Below are positions 63,682 through 64,000 of a DNA stretch of 64,000 nucleotides, in pieces. A program made the position numbers and the translations under genes. Numbering within the stretch: the first letter of the stretch is position 1; each line of letters starts with the position of its first letter. This DNA is from Lama guanicoe (lineage: Eukaryota), in contig MU054032.1 in NCBI GenBank assembly GCA_013239625.1, positions 682,001 through 746,000 of the forward strand. Direction: 5' to 3'. The notes below the pieces were generated by a model. The model ran no database searches. It was given only the letters and a program-made list of their open reading frames with translations, and was not told the DNA's origin.

Positions 63682-63756
63682 TTTGCCATCTTGCTGTCTC
63701 TTATCATGCTGGTGGAGTTGGCTGCGGCCATTGCTGGCTACGTGTTTAGAGACAAG
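63682..63756 (+). CDS. CD63: CD63 third coding exon
   Basis: ctgcag|TTT GCC ATC...GAC AAG|gtaagc; FAILLSLIMLVELAAAIAGYVFRDK. Confidence 0.97.
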
Positions 63757-63858
63757 GTAAGCAGAGAATAAGGGGAGGACCTTGCCTCAGAGGCCTGGTT
63801 GCTCTGGGATCCAGGTGCTCTGAATTCTGGCTTCAACAATGCTTCTCCCTACTCCCAG

Positions 63859-63954
63859 GTGAGGTCAGAATTTAATAAAAACTTCCAGCAGCAGATGCAG
63901 AATTATACGAAAAACAACGACACAGCATTGATCCTGGACAGGATGCAAGAAAAG
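63859..63954 (+). CDS. CD63: CD63 fourth coding exon (start of large lumenal loop); gene continues beyond the window
   Basis: ctcccag|GTG AGG TCA...GAA AAG|gtgagt; VRSEFNKNFQQQMQNYTKNNDTALILDRMQEK. Confidence 0.96.
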
Positions 63955-64000
63955 GTGAGTAGAGTTGCTGGGAGCAGGGGTAAGGGAGGAAGTCTCATCT

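Noticed and set aside
1..64000. CRISPR arrays, rRNA or prokaryotic systems
   Set aside because: No repeat-spacer array or operon-like structure; this is spliced mammalian DNA.

Overview
Mammalian genomic DNA, probably camelid (inferred from tRNA-Ala-derived SINEs resembling vic-1), from the SARNP-GDF11-CD63 locus. It contains SARNP coding exons 2-11 (+), GDF11 (-, three exons) and CD63 (+, 5'UTR exon plus four coding exons, truncated by the window end). It also has nested Tigger1/MER3/L1/SINE insertions and one assembly gap. The main finding is a multi-exon, unprocessed, disabled paralogue of inositol polyphosphate 1-phosphatase (INPP1) at ~54.2-56.8 kb. It is divergent from GDF11, mirrors the MSTN-INPP1 arrangement, and has a double RFX X-box module upstream. 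Also notable: GDF11 exon 1 lacks its ATG and signal peptide as assembled (likely mis-assembly), GDF11 has a myostatin-like core promoter and a CDX/HOX site cluster in intron 1, SARNP intron 9 holds a duplicated ~155-nt element, and the convergent SARNP/GDF11 3' ends share splice and polyA signals. All homology calls are by eye against sequences recalled from memory; no searches were run.
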